A DNA stretch of 64,000 bases from Chrysomallon squamiferum (GCA_012295275.1 CM022665.1:47492001-47556000); one strand, 5' to 3'; shown: positions 1-19,918, counted from the stretch's first letter. Notes: generated from the sequence alone by a model not told the origin. Made by a program: numbers and translations.

Positions 1-109
1 AAAAGAAAAAGAAAAGTCACTCTTCATAAATCAAATGCTTTTGAGTGAAAGAAGGAACAGAAATTTTTTTTTTTTTAATAATCTTCATAAAGTGAGACGA
101 AATAATGAT

Positions 110-290
110 TTCAGGGTGGGTGACGAAAAAGGTGTGGTCTTATCTAGCTCCGCCCAGTCAACTGGATTCGCGCCTGACTCCTGTCTCAAAGTCAACATTT
201 GACTGAAAGTCGCAAAGTGACCTTGACAAACATTCCATTATCGCTTTCTTCCTCGCTCCTGACAAGACCTGCACGTGAGACAAGGTAGGT
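110..290 (+). promoter_or_regulatory. Candidate promoter and non-coding first exon of SLC22-A
   Basis: GC-box-like CTCCGCCC, GATA CTTATCT, CAAAGTCA, and the ERR/FTZ-F1-type site TGACCTTGA (218-226). A donor AAG/GTAGGT at 285 could pair with the acceptor at 1164, 9 nt before the ATG. Confidence 0.35.
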
Positions 291-1173
291 GGGGACAAAG
301 TTGCTCGTCAAAAACATATTTATTTACAAACTTATTTAGTCTACTCCTTTTTTTCTTTCTTTTTTTAAATTCTTCTTTTCTGTTGTGTGTTTCGTAGTTT
401 CGTTTCGTGACCGTTGGGTATCTCATTAAGACAAACAAGCTTTCGCTAGATTTATTAATAACTAACATACAAAGAAAAATGATGACGACAACAACAGGTG
501 ATAATAAATAACTTTAAATGTGAAATGTTTTGGGAAAACAATAAGGAGCAGTGAATAATTTTTAAACTGATATTTGTGAACGAGAGAAGGACGTGATGTA
601 ACCCGTACTGAAATGTTATTTCATACCCCAGTGTACGTTTATCATTATCATAACTTATTTGTTCGTCAGATTTTATCTTAACAGATTTACATTTATTTTT
701 TGTTTTTTTTTTTTTTTTATATCAACGCGAAATGTTCTTCTATTTTTCTGAAAGATTTTCTGTTTAAACGTGTGTGGACATTTTTGTCAAAAAAAAAAAA
801 AAAAAAAAAAGAAAAAAAAAGATATTTATTGTAAAGCAGTATATTTGATCTTAATCAAACAAAACAGTGTTTGTGTGAAAGATACTGTATCATGTACATA
901 TAATGGAAATATATGAAGAAATATTTTAAAGAAAAGAATCTGAACTATATAATAAACCAACAAATATATGAAAGCAAAATTATTTAAAACGTCCACGTAT
1001 GTGCAAAGAAAATATATCGTTTCAAAAGCCTTTCAGTTTAAATAAAATTAATAGCCAGAATCATCAGTAACACATCAGCAACATCAATAAATAAATAAAT
1101 AAATAAATAAAAGCCTTGCAGCAGAATTAATGTATAATTCTTACAGAATCATCTCTTTTCACAGAAAATCAAA

Positions 1174-6282
<5,109 letters not shown>

Positions 6283-6483
6283 CGAGAACGGGAAATAAGG
6301 ATGGATTCTGTTTTGTGAACGCAAAGAGAACATCACAAAACTGTCGAATAACGAAGAAAACTCAAACAGTCGCGGACTGAATACGGATGAAAACACGATT
6401 AATATTACACATTTATAATTTCAAATTGTTAACGTAATGTACAAAAACTGGTTTATTTTTACACTGAATGAATACACAGTTAA

Positions 6484-6577
<94 letters not shown>

Positions 6578-6747
6578 CATACATATATATATAAATATAA
6601 TTTAAAAAAACAAGCTTGAACCAGTTGTCTGATCTCTCTGAAGGAATGTCATATTTACCGTAATTCTATAATAGTCTACTGAGAGATCTCCACAAGACAA
6701 TTTTTGTGTTAGAACATTAGTTGCAGAAAAAAAAAGAAGAGTTTACT

Positions 6748-7222
6748 GTGATGTAGATATACGATGTAGTACTAGTTTATCTTTAAAACGACATCCTAAC
6801 CTAGTCGTGATGTAGATATACAGTGTAGTAGTAGTTGCTGTTTAAAACGACATCCTAACCTAGTCGTGATGTAGATATACAGTGCAGTAGTAGTTGCTGT
6901 TTAAAACGACATCCTAACCTAGTCGTGATGTAGATATACAGTGTAGTAGTAGTAGTTGCTGTTTAAAACGACATCCTAACCTAGTCGTGATGTAGATATA
7001 CAGTGCAGTAGTAGTTGCTGTTTAAAACGACACCCTAACCTAGTCGTGATGTAGATATACAGTGTAGTAGTAGTTGCTGTTTAAAACGACATCCTAACCT
7101 AGTCGTGATGTAGATATACAGTGTAGTAGTAGTTGCTGTTTAAAACGACATCCTAACCTAGTCGTGATGTAGATGTACAGTGTAGTAGTAGTTGCTGTTT
7201 AAAACGACATTCTAAACTAGTT
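6748..7222 (+). repeat. ~59-bp minisatellite, ~8 copies
   Basis: Unit GTGATGTAGATATACAGTGTAGTAGTAGTTGCTGTTTAAAACGACATCCTAACCTAGTC. Confidence 0.92.
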
Positions 7223-7835
7223 AAATAACAAAAATCTACTGGCTTCACCATCGCATTTTGAGATATGATAAACAACTGCATAAATTCACTGTTTGTTTTA
7301 TATTGTTATATGTTCATTTATATGTTTATTTATTTATTTATTTTTATTATTATTTGTTTTTCATTGCTCAACCATATCATGTGGAGCTGAGGCTAAAATA
7401 ATCGACACAGTCATCACAAAGAGCACCGGTCTGGATTTTGCAATCATCATCATCATGTTCCTATTACAAACAATTACTTGTAACGGAAAATAAATTTTGA
7501 ATTTCTTTTGTTAGAAAGGAGAAAACAAAATATCAGCTAATGGTATCAGCACACACACACACACAAAAATACACACAGATACGTAGATAGATAAATAGAC
7601 AGACAGACAGACAGACAGAGACAGGAAGAGAGACAGACAGACAGAGATATAAATATTAACACGATATTAGAGTGCTGATGTTTTTTTTTCAAAATAAACT
7701 GGATCGGTTGTAATAAAAATAAGGTTTGAATTTTCCGCAGTGAAGCGGAAAAAAACGCAGCAGTTAATAAAATATTTTCAACTTTATTTCTTTCTTTCTT
7801 TTTTCATTTTTATTTTGAAGTTTTTTACGCAGATA

Positions 7836-8225
7836 CAAGACATATACTGTTATATTCTGTGAACGTACTGGTGTGCAGACATATACTGTTATATTCTGTG
7901 AACGTACTGGTATACAAGACATATACTGTTATATTCTGTGAACGTACTGGTATACAGGCATATACTGTTATATTCTGTGAACGTACTGATATACAAACAT
8001 ATACTGTTATATTCTGTGAACGTACTGGTGTACACAGACATATACTGTTATATTCTGTGAACGTACTGGTGTACACGGCATATACTGTTATATTCTGTGA
8101 ACGTACTGATGTGCAAACATATACTGTTATATTCTGTGAACGTTCTGGTATACAAGACACATACTGTTATATTCTGTGAACGTACTGGTATAAAAGACAT
8201 GTACTGTTATATTCTGTGAACGTAC
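7836..8225 (+). repeat. ~40-bp minisatellite, ~10 copies
   Basis: Unit ACATATACTGTTATATTCTGTGAACGTACTGGTATACAAG. Two related inverted units lie at ~27318-27388. Confidence 0.92.
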
Positions 8226-8619
8226 GTGAATAAACAAATCACATAATTAATTATATGTTCCTCTTCCACACGATGAAAAACGCTTATTTGTTTTCTTCGT
8301 TTCTTTGTCGCAGCTGTTACCCAGAAACAAAGAAAAGTTTGAAATACTGTGTCTCCGGTTGTTTCTGTTTTGTCTCGTGGAAAATGCACGGACAATTAAC
8401 CGAACTGGTGTGAATTTTCACACACATTTCACTGATTGTGTGAATATATCACTTCAATCACTGGACAAACAGTCGATCATATCGTAAGTTTTAGTCTTGT
8501 TTTCTAATGTTAATTTGTCACTATACATTTTTGTATTAATTTTTATTTTTATTTTATTATTATTTTTTTTTTTATAATCGCGAACCATCTCGGTCTGACA
8601 TGATTACTCCATGGTAATA

Positions 8620-9061
<442 letters not shown>

Positions 9062-9646
9062 GCTTCATATTCATTTATGTCAGTCTATTTAACCATTCTT
9101 ATGCAGTTTCCATACTTAACAGGTTTGTGTAAATTACTAAGATCTTCATAATTACTATGTAACTGTTTATTCCGGCGGATTACGGCCATATATAGATAGA
9201 CGGGACAGAGTTTGGTTTGTTTTATTATCGAACCTGAACAACTCTAAATACGTTTTAATCCATCGAGACATCTGTGTAAATATTTCCATTTTAAATATAC
9301 GATACGGTGTCCCGCAGTGAACCCCCACAGAGAAAGAATTTAAAATATTCAAAGGGACTCTCCAAAAAAAACAACGTGTATTTAGTATGACACAGCACAA
9401 GGTGATACCACGTGTGGTAGAATACAGCTAGTAACTCTCTGTCTGCGGTTTCTCGTATTACGTATGTCATGACGTATGCCTAGCTTTGCGTCTGTATCAG
9501 TAAATGTTAATATATCTGCATGTGTTCTGTGCAAATATTTGTACTGCAGAGTTGTATTTCTGTTGTTGAGAATCTAAAAGACATTTGACTGATCAGACTA
9601 TGAACGAAGATGAGAGAGAAAAATAGCTTCGCTACTTATTTATTTA

Positions 9647-9722
<76 letters not shown>

Positions 9723-9805
9723 TTTCAGTTAATGTAGAAAACAGTTTTGTAGAAAATATTGTAGCAGATCTTTAAAAATATATAATACTCTAAAAAAAAA
9801 AAAAC

Positions 9806-9848
<43 letters not shown>

Positions 9849-10055
9849 ACAATGAATGAAAAACCGTATTTCATCGGGGAAAAAAAAAAAAAAATTAATT
9901 TCCAAAGAATACGTCTCATTTTTTTCGGCAGTTTTCGGTTTTTATCGTTATTTCAGAACCGTGAACAAATCTGCACTTGTTTAATAATTTCTCTAAGGAT
10001 TTGCAGGCCATTATGATTTTTTTATTTTTTTCATCTTTTTTTACAGGTAAACAAA

Positions 10056-10380
10056 ATGGCTACCCTTGAAAATCTTCTGGCGGAGACTGGGAAATTTTCT
10101 CGGTTTCAGGTTCTTGTACTCGCTCTTACATTAACGCCCAAGATTATACTAGGGTGGAGTATGATCACAATGTCTTTCGCTGGGGTGGCGCCAGATTGGT
10201 GGTGCGCCTCAAACAGTGGAGGAAATTTCACCAGGGACAACGCGACGTATCAGGTCTGCCAGCAGAACGTGACGTCACAGTGCGTCAGAGTGTATTCATA
10301 CGCCATCCGGACTATTGTCAATGAGGTTAGTTCTCAGTATTAATAATAGGAGAAGAAATGGTAGTACAATAATAATAATA

Positions 10381-10416
<36 letters not shown>

Positions 10417-12050
10417 GTTTGATAAAATAAACTTTTAGTCTGAAAACGGAAAAATTACTACGTTCCTTGTTTTTGTTGTGTTGTTGTTGTTGCTGCTGTT
10501 GCTGCTGCTGTTGTTGTTGTTGTTAATAATGATGACGGTATTGCTGTTGACAGTGATGTATTCGTCGCTGCTGTCGTTTCACAGTTTGGTTGTTTTGAAC
10601 AGTGGGACCTGGCCTGTGACAGGGCGTGGGTCAGCCCTGCTGTGACGTCCATACAGATGGTCGGGGTTCTGCTCGGCTGTCTGGTCGGAGGCCACTGCGC
10701 GGACGCGTTCGGACGTCGCTACACCCTCTACGTCTCCCTCCTCGTTCACGGCATCGGCAACGTCGTCGCGGCGTTCTCCACGACGTGGCAGATGTTTGCC
10801 GCGCTGAGGTTTCTCCTGGGACTGGCGATCGGTTCGTTGTTGGTCGTGTGTTACACGTATTCGATGGAGTTCATCGGGGTGAAAGAGAGATCCATCTGCA
10901 GCTCCATTCCTAACTGGCAGCTGGGGTCGATGCTGTTCGCGTTGTCTGCGTGGCTGTTGCAGGACTGGTCACAGCTCCACCTGGTGTGTGCTGCGCTGCA
11001 TGTCGTTTATCTTGTAGGATTTTTGTAAGTGTACAGTTTATATTCTTCGCATTTCATTTCAGTTCTCATTTCCAGCCAGTTATTTAATCGCTGGTGTTTC
11101 TTTGACTTTGTCATTTTACACAGATTGATGTAGATCATAGTTTTCAACCTTGGGGTCGCGACCCCCGGAGGGGTCACCATCCTTTTCTCTGGGGGTCGCG
11201 AGATCGTTCTTCAACGAGGGTATATTTTAGTTATTTTTTCAAACTTAACTTGGAAGGAGGAATAAATAAAAACGTGTAGATAGGTTTGGGACCTGTCATA
11301 GTGAATATAGATTCCTTTTGTACTGTCTTTGGTTCAGTAAAATATGGTAACAAAAAACACAACAAAAAACCACAAAAAAACCCCATAAAAAATCAGAACC
11401 ACAACAACCAAGCAAACTAATAAATAAATAAATAAATAAATAATTAAATAAATAAAAAATTAACACAAATACGTTAAATATATATATTTATATATATAAA
11501 CAAATACAATCCGACCAAGATTAACGTGCATTCTGCTTTAAAAGAATAAACATTCACATACAACTGAATTTTTTATTTTCAATAAACAGCAAATTCACGC
11601 TAGGAGAATTCTTCAGAAAAGATTATCGTAGTAAACTAGTTTATATTGTACTGTTAACACTTTTTAAACTTCAACAAGTTTCATTCTGTTGTTTTTTTTC
11701 ATTTTTTTTTTTTTTCATTCTATAGTTTTCTACCAGAAAGCGTGCGGTGGTTAGCGGTGCAGAACCGGATCGATGAAGCGGAACGAGTGATTTATCGAAT
11801 GTGTTCAGTGAACAGAACGACGAGACCTCTCGATTGTAAAGAGAAACTACGGGCAGTGGCGAAAGAGGAGTCACGTGGTCGCGAGTCACGTGGCAAATAC
11901 ACGTACGTGGAGATAGTGAGGGGCTGGAAGATGATCAAACTCACTTTGATGATTGACTTTGTCTGGTACGTTTTCACTTTGAATTTATAATTATTATTAT
12001 ATTATGGATCTTGGTCTAGAATTTTATATGTTTGTTTTTTCTTATTGCTG

Positions 12051-12111
<61 letters not shown>

Positions 12112-12815
12112 TAATTTTATACAATGATGATAAATCTTGATTTTATTATTTATTTTTAAAATTTTTATTTTGGGTGGTTTGATTGTATTTTTTTGTTGTT
12201 GCAATTTTAGAAGAAGTAGTAATAGTAGCAGTAGTAGTAGCAGAAGTATTAGTAGAAGCAGTAGAAGTAATAGTAGTAGTTGTAATAGTAAAAGTAGTAG
12301 AGAAGTAGTAGTAGTAGCTATAGTAGTAGCAGTGGTAGTGGTAGTAGTAGTAATAATAATAGATGTTTAGTTTTCTCTGTCACTATTATCAGTTTTTGTG
12401 TCTATTAGTTATAAATGTTAGATATAAATGTTAGATATAAATGTTAGTTATAAATGTTAGTTTTAATGTTAGTTATAAATGTTAGTTTTAATGTTAGTTA
12501 TAAATGTTAGTTATAAATGTTAGTTATAAATGTTAGTTATAAATGTTGGATATAAATGTGGATATAAATGTTAGTTATAAATGTTAGATATGAATGTTAG
12601 TTATAAATGTCAGTTATAAATGTTAGTTATCAATGTTAGATATAAATGTTTTTTTCACTGACAGGTGTTTTATTGCGGTTGTTTTCTATGGTTTGTCTTT
12701 CGGCGTGGACAAACTGTCTGGAAATCTCTACTTGAACATTTTTTTAATGTCTGTCATAGAACTGCTGGGAAAACCGTTTCTGATGTCATTAACCAACAGG
12801 TAATTTGTTTGATTG

Positions 12816-12871
<56 letters not shown>

Positions 12872-14525
12872 TATATTTGTTTGTTTGTTTGTTTGTTTGT
12901 TCATTTGATGATTTATTTATTTATTTGTTTGTTTGTTTGTTTGTTTGTTTGTTTGTTCATTTGATGATATATTTATTTAATATTTATTATATTTATAACT
13001 TTAATACGTAATTCATTCAGATGATTAATTCGATGAATTATTGTCGTTTGTAACAGTAAAGGAAAACGATAACTCTGTGTAAAGATTTAACTGAGCAAAA
13101 AGTCATTTCAGACTGGGTAGACGAAAGACCAGTGCTGGTTTGTTCGCTCTGGGATTGCTGAGCACTGTTGGTGTCATCATAACACATTATGCAGGTGAGA
13201 GACCGGGTTAGAACGGGAATTTTGGTAAACCTTTCAAGATTGATTATCAGATATGTAAAGTAATATCATAGAATATTTTACTATAAAATGTGTAAAATAA
13301 AATTTAGCAATAAAAATCAGGTGGTTTATGGAATGTTTGTAAATATTTTATTTTGTTTTAACTTTTCATATTATCTATCTTATCTTAGTTTTTTTTAAAT
13401 TTATTTATCATATTTTTCATTTACGCTTGTCATTTACTGCTTTGTCTTTGTTTGTTTGTTTATATGTTCGATGTAACGTATTCTGTATTAATTTTAGTTG
13501 ACTCAGAAAACAAAGGAACTGTTATCAGGGTGTTTGTGATAATCATAAAGTTTGGAATCTCTGTTGGTTGGTGTGCGTTTCAGCTGATATCTTCAGAGCC
13601 CTACCCGACTGCTATACGGTTAGTTTAACATACTTGTTTTTCATCATCATCATCATCACCATCATCATCATCATCTTCTTCTTCTTCTTCTTTTTTATCA
13701 TCATAATCAAAATCATCATCATCTTCATCGTCATCTTCTTCTTCATCTTTATTTACGAGCTTTTTAATTTTTTTTGTTAAACTTTATTGTTAGCAAAGAT
13801 TGGGTGTCAGGTACAAATAAAATTAATAATTTTGTAAGTAAGATGTGTTTATGACAAGACTTGTTAGCTCGTGAAAGTTGTTCTTGTAAATATTTCAGAA
13901 ATCTCGGATACGGCGCCGCCAACACTGCAGCCAGAGTGGGTGGAATCATATCTCCTTTCTTGTTTGCAACCTTTGTAAGTTTATATATGTAATACAGTAT
14001 AGTATAGTATAGTATAGTATAGTATAGTATAGTATAGTATAGTATAGTATAGTATAGTATAGTATAGTATAGTATAGTATAGTATAGTATAGTACAGTAC
14101 AGTATAGTATAGTATAGAGAGTGGCTGGAATTATATCTCCTTTCTTGTTTGCAACCTTTGTAAGTTGACAAACAAATTAATACGTATATAATATAGTGTT
14201 AATGTAATGTAATTCAGTACAGTATAGTATAGTGACAGTGTAGTACAGTATTGTATACGTTAATATAATATAATATAGTATAATATAGTATAGTATAGAA
14301 TATCATAGCTTAGCATAGTATAGCATAGTATAGTATGGTATGGTATGGTATGGTATGGTATGGTATGGTATGGTATTGTATGGTATGATATAGTGTAGTA
14401 TAGTATGGTATGGTATAATATAGTATAATACATAGTAATATAGCATCCATATCATAAAATGTATTGTAATGTAATATAATATAATATAACATAATATAAC
14501 TTAACATAATATATCTGTATCTGTT

Positions 14526-14607
<82 letters not shown>

Positions 14608-14912
14608 TCTTAGTAGTAATAATAGTAGTATTACTATTATTGTTGGTAATGTTGTTGTATTTTATTTTATTCTTCATTCAGAACGACATCGGCATTCCAT
14701 TTATCATGATGGCGTTTTTATTTGTGGTCTGCGTGTCCGTTCCGTTACTTCTGGACGAAACGAACGAAGTGCCTTTACAAGACACCATCGCAGCCAATCA
14801 GAAAACAGATACGGAAAGATCCGAAGTGTGCTTACCTCATTCCACAGAATCCGGCTCAAAGGACAAAGAAACACAAAACAATGTTTTACTGGAAACGCTG
14901 AATGAATGTTAA
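10056..14912 (+). CDS. SLC22-family transporter, paralogue B (~525 aa, intact)
   Basis: Exons 10056-10325, 10603-11024, 11726-11965, 12665-12799, 13112-13194, 13498-13618, 13899-13974 and 14682-14912. All are GT-AG with compatible phases, total 1578 nt. Motifs: EWDLACD, ADAFGRR, PESVRWL, RLGRRK, SEPYPTAIRN, LDETN. Confidence 0.93.
11136..11202 (+). mobile_element. hAT (Charlie-like) non-autonomous transposon end
   Basis: CATAGTTTTCAACCTTGGGGTCGCGACCCC..GGGGTC..GGGGGTCGCG resembles the CAGTGGTTCTCAACC..GGGGTCGCGACCCC termini of hAT MITEs. It is absent from the equivalent intron of paralogue C. Confidence 0.5.
12406..12650 (+). repeat. 13-bp minisatellite (TTAGTTATAAATG)n
   Basis: About 18 copies ending just upstream of the SLC22-B exon 4 acceptor. 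Not expanded in paralogue C. Confidence 0.9.
13995..14430. repeat. (TAGTA)n/(TGGTA)n pentanucleotide arrays with an embedded partial exon copy
   Basis: Seen directly. The mirror arrays in paralogue C are at 18032-18470. Confidence 0.9.
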
Positions 14913-15410
14913 TGACTACCTCTATCATAAAACTACAAAATATGATTATTTCAAGTAAATAAGAAATAAATAAATAAATAAATAAATCCGTCAGATACAG
15001 AAACAGTAAGTGAAAATGTCAGTTACAATTTTGAAACTTTACGAAAACAACTATGAGTACAGCGAGGTACGACCTTCACAAATTGCCTTTAAATCTTTCA
15101 TAATCATCTGTATTGGCCAGTATTTAAAAAATATCACAACAGTTAAAAGAAAATAAATCTTAAACAGCAAATTAGTTCTGGACGTATCACTGACAAGACG
15201 GTTATAGAGGGGAAAAGAAAGAAAAATAATGCTATTTGTTGAGTTTTGAAATAACAATTTTTAAACTCATATTTCTTATTAGTAAAGACAGGAATTAGAA
15301 ACAAACAAAACAATGATTTCGACTTATACAGAGGAGAAGTAACACAAGTTTCTCTGTTTGTGTCAAGAAAGGCTGATCAAACTAGACAATGATAACGTAC
15401 AGTTTGTTTA

Positions 15411-15479
<69 letters not shown>

Positions 15480-15587
15480 ATATATATTAAATAAAAATGG
15501 TAATAACATTAGAATTATTTATCAGTCCATCTAGAGTACATATATTTCAATAAAACATATTTATTATTATTATTATTATCATTATTA

Positions 15588-15659
<72 letters not shown>

Positions 15660-16526
15660 ATACATACATACAAACAGATGGACATACTGAAACTTACGTT
15701 AAAAGATAACAGTGATTCTTGTAAACAACTTAAAAAAATTGAATACAACAGTCACCATCACCACCACCACAACATCAACAGCATACAACAATAACAATAA
15801 TAACAATAACAATAACAACAACAACAACAACAACAATAATAATAATAATAATAATAATAGTACACTAATGAGCAGAATGAGACATATATAACACCAACAG
15901 TAAAATATTAAAATAATATTAATATGAAAATGTAAAATAATAAACGTAAAAACAAACAACAAACACAAATAAACAGGTTTGAATGTTATTATGTATTTAA
16001 TTGTTTCAAAAATAAATTTTCTTTATAAGTATTATAATTTGCCAGCACTTTTTGGAAACAAATGTATATAAAAATTTTCAATTTGCTTTCCATTGCTTTT
16101 TTATTTAAAATTTATGGAAGAAAATCCGAGACATATAACAAGAACAACAACAACAAATTAATATAAACTAATAAATACACGAATAAATAAAGAAGGAAAG
16201 AAAGAAATCCTTAAATGGAATAATTGTGCTATAGACGAAATATATATATTATTATAATTTCAGATGAATGATAAATCGTATATATATAAACAGAAAGACA
16301 GACAGACATCCAGAGAGATAGACAGACAGACAGACAGACAGATAGATAAATATATAGATAAACAGATAGATAGATCTGAAGTAAACATTATTTTCTCTAT
16401 GAACAGAAATGTGTTAATATTTCAAGTAGTCACAAAGTAAAAAGCTACTTAAATAAACAAAGAAAGAAATAATAGTACTAGTAGTAAGTAGTGTAGTAGT
16501 CCTAGTAGGAATAATTGTGGTAGTTA

Positions 16527-16582
<56 letters not shown>

Positions 16583-16812
16583 ATAAATACATTTCCTATA
16601 ATTGCTTATTATCTCGTTTCATTATCGTTTTTGTATACGAACACATAAACACGTACACCTCTCTACATGTAAAATAGACTAGTTTGTTTGTTTGTGCTTC
16701 CAAACGTCTTTGATAATAAATGTGAATTAAATATTATTATTTCACAAATCTGTAAATTATTATTATTATTATGATTATGATTATTATTATTATTATTATT
16801 ATTATGATTATG

Positions 16813-16857
<45 letters not shown>

Positions 16858-17278
16858 GTCGGAATAACTTTTAATTTTGGCCGATAAAGACGACTCGAAA
16901 GATTTTAAGGCAGTTTATGCAAGACACGATAATCTTCTAATAATATTTTGTAAAAACAGCAGAAGTTTGTGAACACAAAATGATAGTAAGAGTATAGGAT
17001 TTACAAACGTGTCTATAAATAAAAGCCAGTGTATGAATACACTGTATATCAGCGGACGTTTCTGTCGTAATATCGTCTGTTATGACGTCATTATGACGTC
17101 TGCTGTCAAGTCTTTACGTCGTTATCTCTTCGTATTTCTCTTCGCTGAATTCCTCACAATATTCTTTTGGTTTAAGCTGCTTCTGTCATTCTAGCATTTC
17201 TTTTTATGATTCGTCTGCCGTTTTTCTTGTCTAATTTAACTCCAACAATTCACTACTGATCTCAGTTTGTTTTTATCA

Positions 17279-19887
17279 TTAACATTCATTCAACGTTTCC
17301 AGTAAAAAACTGTTCTGTGTTTCTTTGTCCTTTGTGCCGGATTCTGTGGAAAGAGGTAAGCGCACTTCGGAAACTTCCGTATATCTTTTCTGATTGGCTG
17401 CGATGGTGTCTTGTAAAGGCACTTCGTTTGTTTCGTCCAGAAGTAACGAAACTGACACGCAGGCCAAAGATAAAATCGCTAACAGTATAAATGGAATGCC
17501 GACGTCTTTCTGAATTGAAAAAAATAAGAAGAAATACAACAACAACAACAACAACAGTACTACTACTACTAATAAGAATGGTATACATTGAAAATAAAAA
17601 TAAAAAGAAAGATATTCAGACTAACTGTTAAAAGACTTTGATACAGACATACAGACCAGACACAGATAGAAAACAGAGACGTAAACAGACAGACAGACAG
17701 AGGCAGATAAATAAAGAGACAAAGATACAGAGAGACAGACAGATACATAGAGACACTTTCTCCCTATCTCTATGGATGCATACAGAGATAGATAAACCAT
17801 TAGATACTAGTAGAGAGACAGATATTATTAGATATAAAAGCCTAATATATACAACTTTACTTATTTTTATAATATATTATTATTTTATGACATTGCATTA
17901 CATTACATTGCACTATATTACCTTATATTATACTGTATTATTATTATGTTACATTACTATATTACATATTAATTTATTTGTCAGCTTATAAAAGTTGCAA
18001 ACAAGAAAGGAGATATAATTCCACCCACTCTCTATACTATACTATACTATACTATACTATACTATACTATACTATACTATACTATACTATACTATACTAT
18101 ACTATACTATACTATACCATACCATACCATACCATACCATACCATACCATACCATACCATACCATACCATACCATACCATACCATACCATACCATACCAT
18201 ACCATACTATACTATACTATACTATACTATATTACTGTATTACATATGTAAACTTACAAAGGTTGCAAACAAGAAAGGAGATATGATTCCACCCACTCTC
18301 TATACTATACTATACTATACTATACTATACTATACTATACTATACTATACTATACTATACTATACTATACTATACTATACTATACTACTCTCTATACTAT
18401 ACTATACTATACTATACTATACTATACTATACTATACTATACTATACTATACTATACTATACTATATTACATATATAAACTTACAAAGGTTGCAAACAAG
18501 AAAGGAGATATGATTCCACCCACTCTGGCTGCAGTGTTGGCGGCGCCGTATCCGAGATTTCTGAAATATTTACAAGAACAACTTTCACGAGCTAACAAGT
18601 CTTTTCATAAACACATCTTACTTACAAAATTATTAATAATATTTGTACTTGACACCCATTCTGTGCTAACAATAAAGTTTAACAATAAAGTAGTCGCTGT
18701 ATACTTCTCTATGTAAAATATATATTTTTCTTAAAAATGTGTTTCATACATAGAGGTATTATATATAAAAAAAAAAAAAAAAAAAAAAAAGCTTGGAGTG
18801 AGTGACATAAAACAGAAGGTCATAGAGATGAGAGACTTCACTGGTGTTCACACATGTACAGAATGGAAGAGTGAGAGAAACAGTGCAGGGAAGAAGACCA
18901 AGACGAAGAATTAGATAGAGACATACGGTACTGAAAAGCATCACAGAGAATGCTCAACACAGAAACGTCTGGAGGTGAAGAATTCGGGTCGATGACCAAA
19001 CCTGGTGGAATCTAAAGAAGAAAGAAAGAAAGAAAGAAAGAAAAAAAAAAGAAGATGAAGATGATGAAGAAAAAGAATAAGAAGATGAAGATAATGATGA
19101 TCATCATCATGAGGAGGAGGAGGACGAAGAAGAAAAGAAGAAGAAATAATGATGATGATGATGATGATGAAGGTGGTGATGATGATGAAAAAGAAGTATG
19201 TTGCTGTAAACTAACCGTATAACAGTCGGGTAGGATTCAGAAGACAAAAGCTGAAACGCACACCAACCAACAGAGATTCCAAACTTTACAATGATCACAA
19301 ACACCCTGATAACAGTTCCTTTGTTTTCTGAGTCAACTAAAATTAATACAGAATACGTTACATCGAACATATAAACAAACAAACAAACAAAAAAAAGCAG
19401 TAAATGCAAGCGTAAAAGAAAAATATGATAAACAAATTTTAAAAAATAATATAAAACAAAATAAAATATTTACAAACATTCCACAAACGAACTGATTTTT
19501 TTCCTAACTTTTATTTCAGACATTTTGGAATAAAACTTTCTCCATTTTTATTGTATACAGTTATAATAAAATTTTATATAACTAAATTTTGAAAGGTTTT
19601 AGTAAAATTCCCGTTCTGACCCGGTCTCTCACCTGCATAATGTGTTATGACGACACCAACAGCGCTCAACAACGCCAGTGCGAACAAACCAGCACTAGTC
19701 TTTCGTCTACCCAGTCTGAAATGACTTTTTGCTCAATTACGTCTTTACATACAATTATCGTTTTCCTTTACCATTACTAATGAAAATAATTCATCGAATT
19801 AATCATCTGAATGAATTGATAATTAATATTATAGATAAAATAATTGATCAACAAAGAAAGAAACAAACAAACAAACAAATAAGCAAG

Positions 19888-19918
<31 letters not shown>

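Noticed and set aside
6748-8225. Regular 40-60-bp arrays superficially like CRISPR (also 48059-48557)
   Set aside because: The units are head-to-tail with no unique spacers, there are no cas genes, and the context is eukaryotic. They are ordinary minisatellites.
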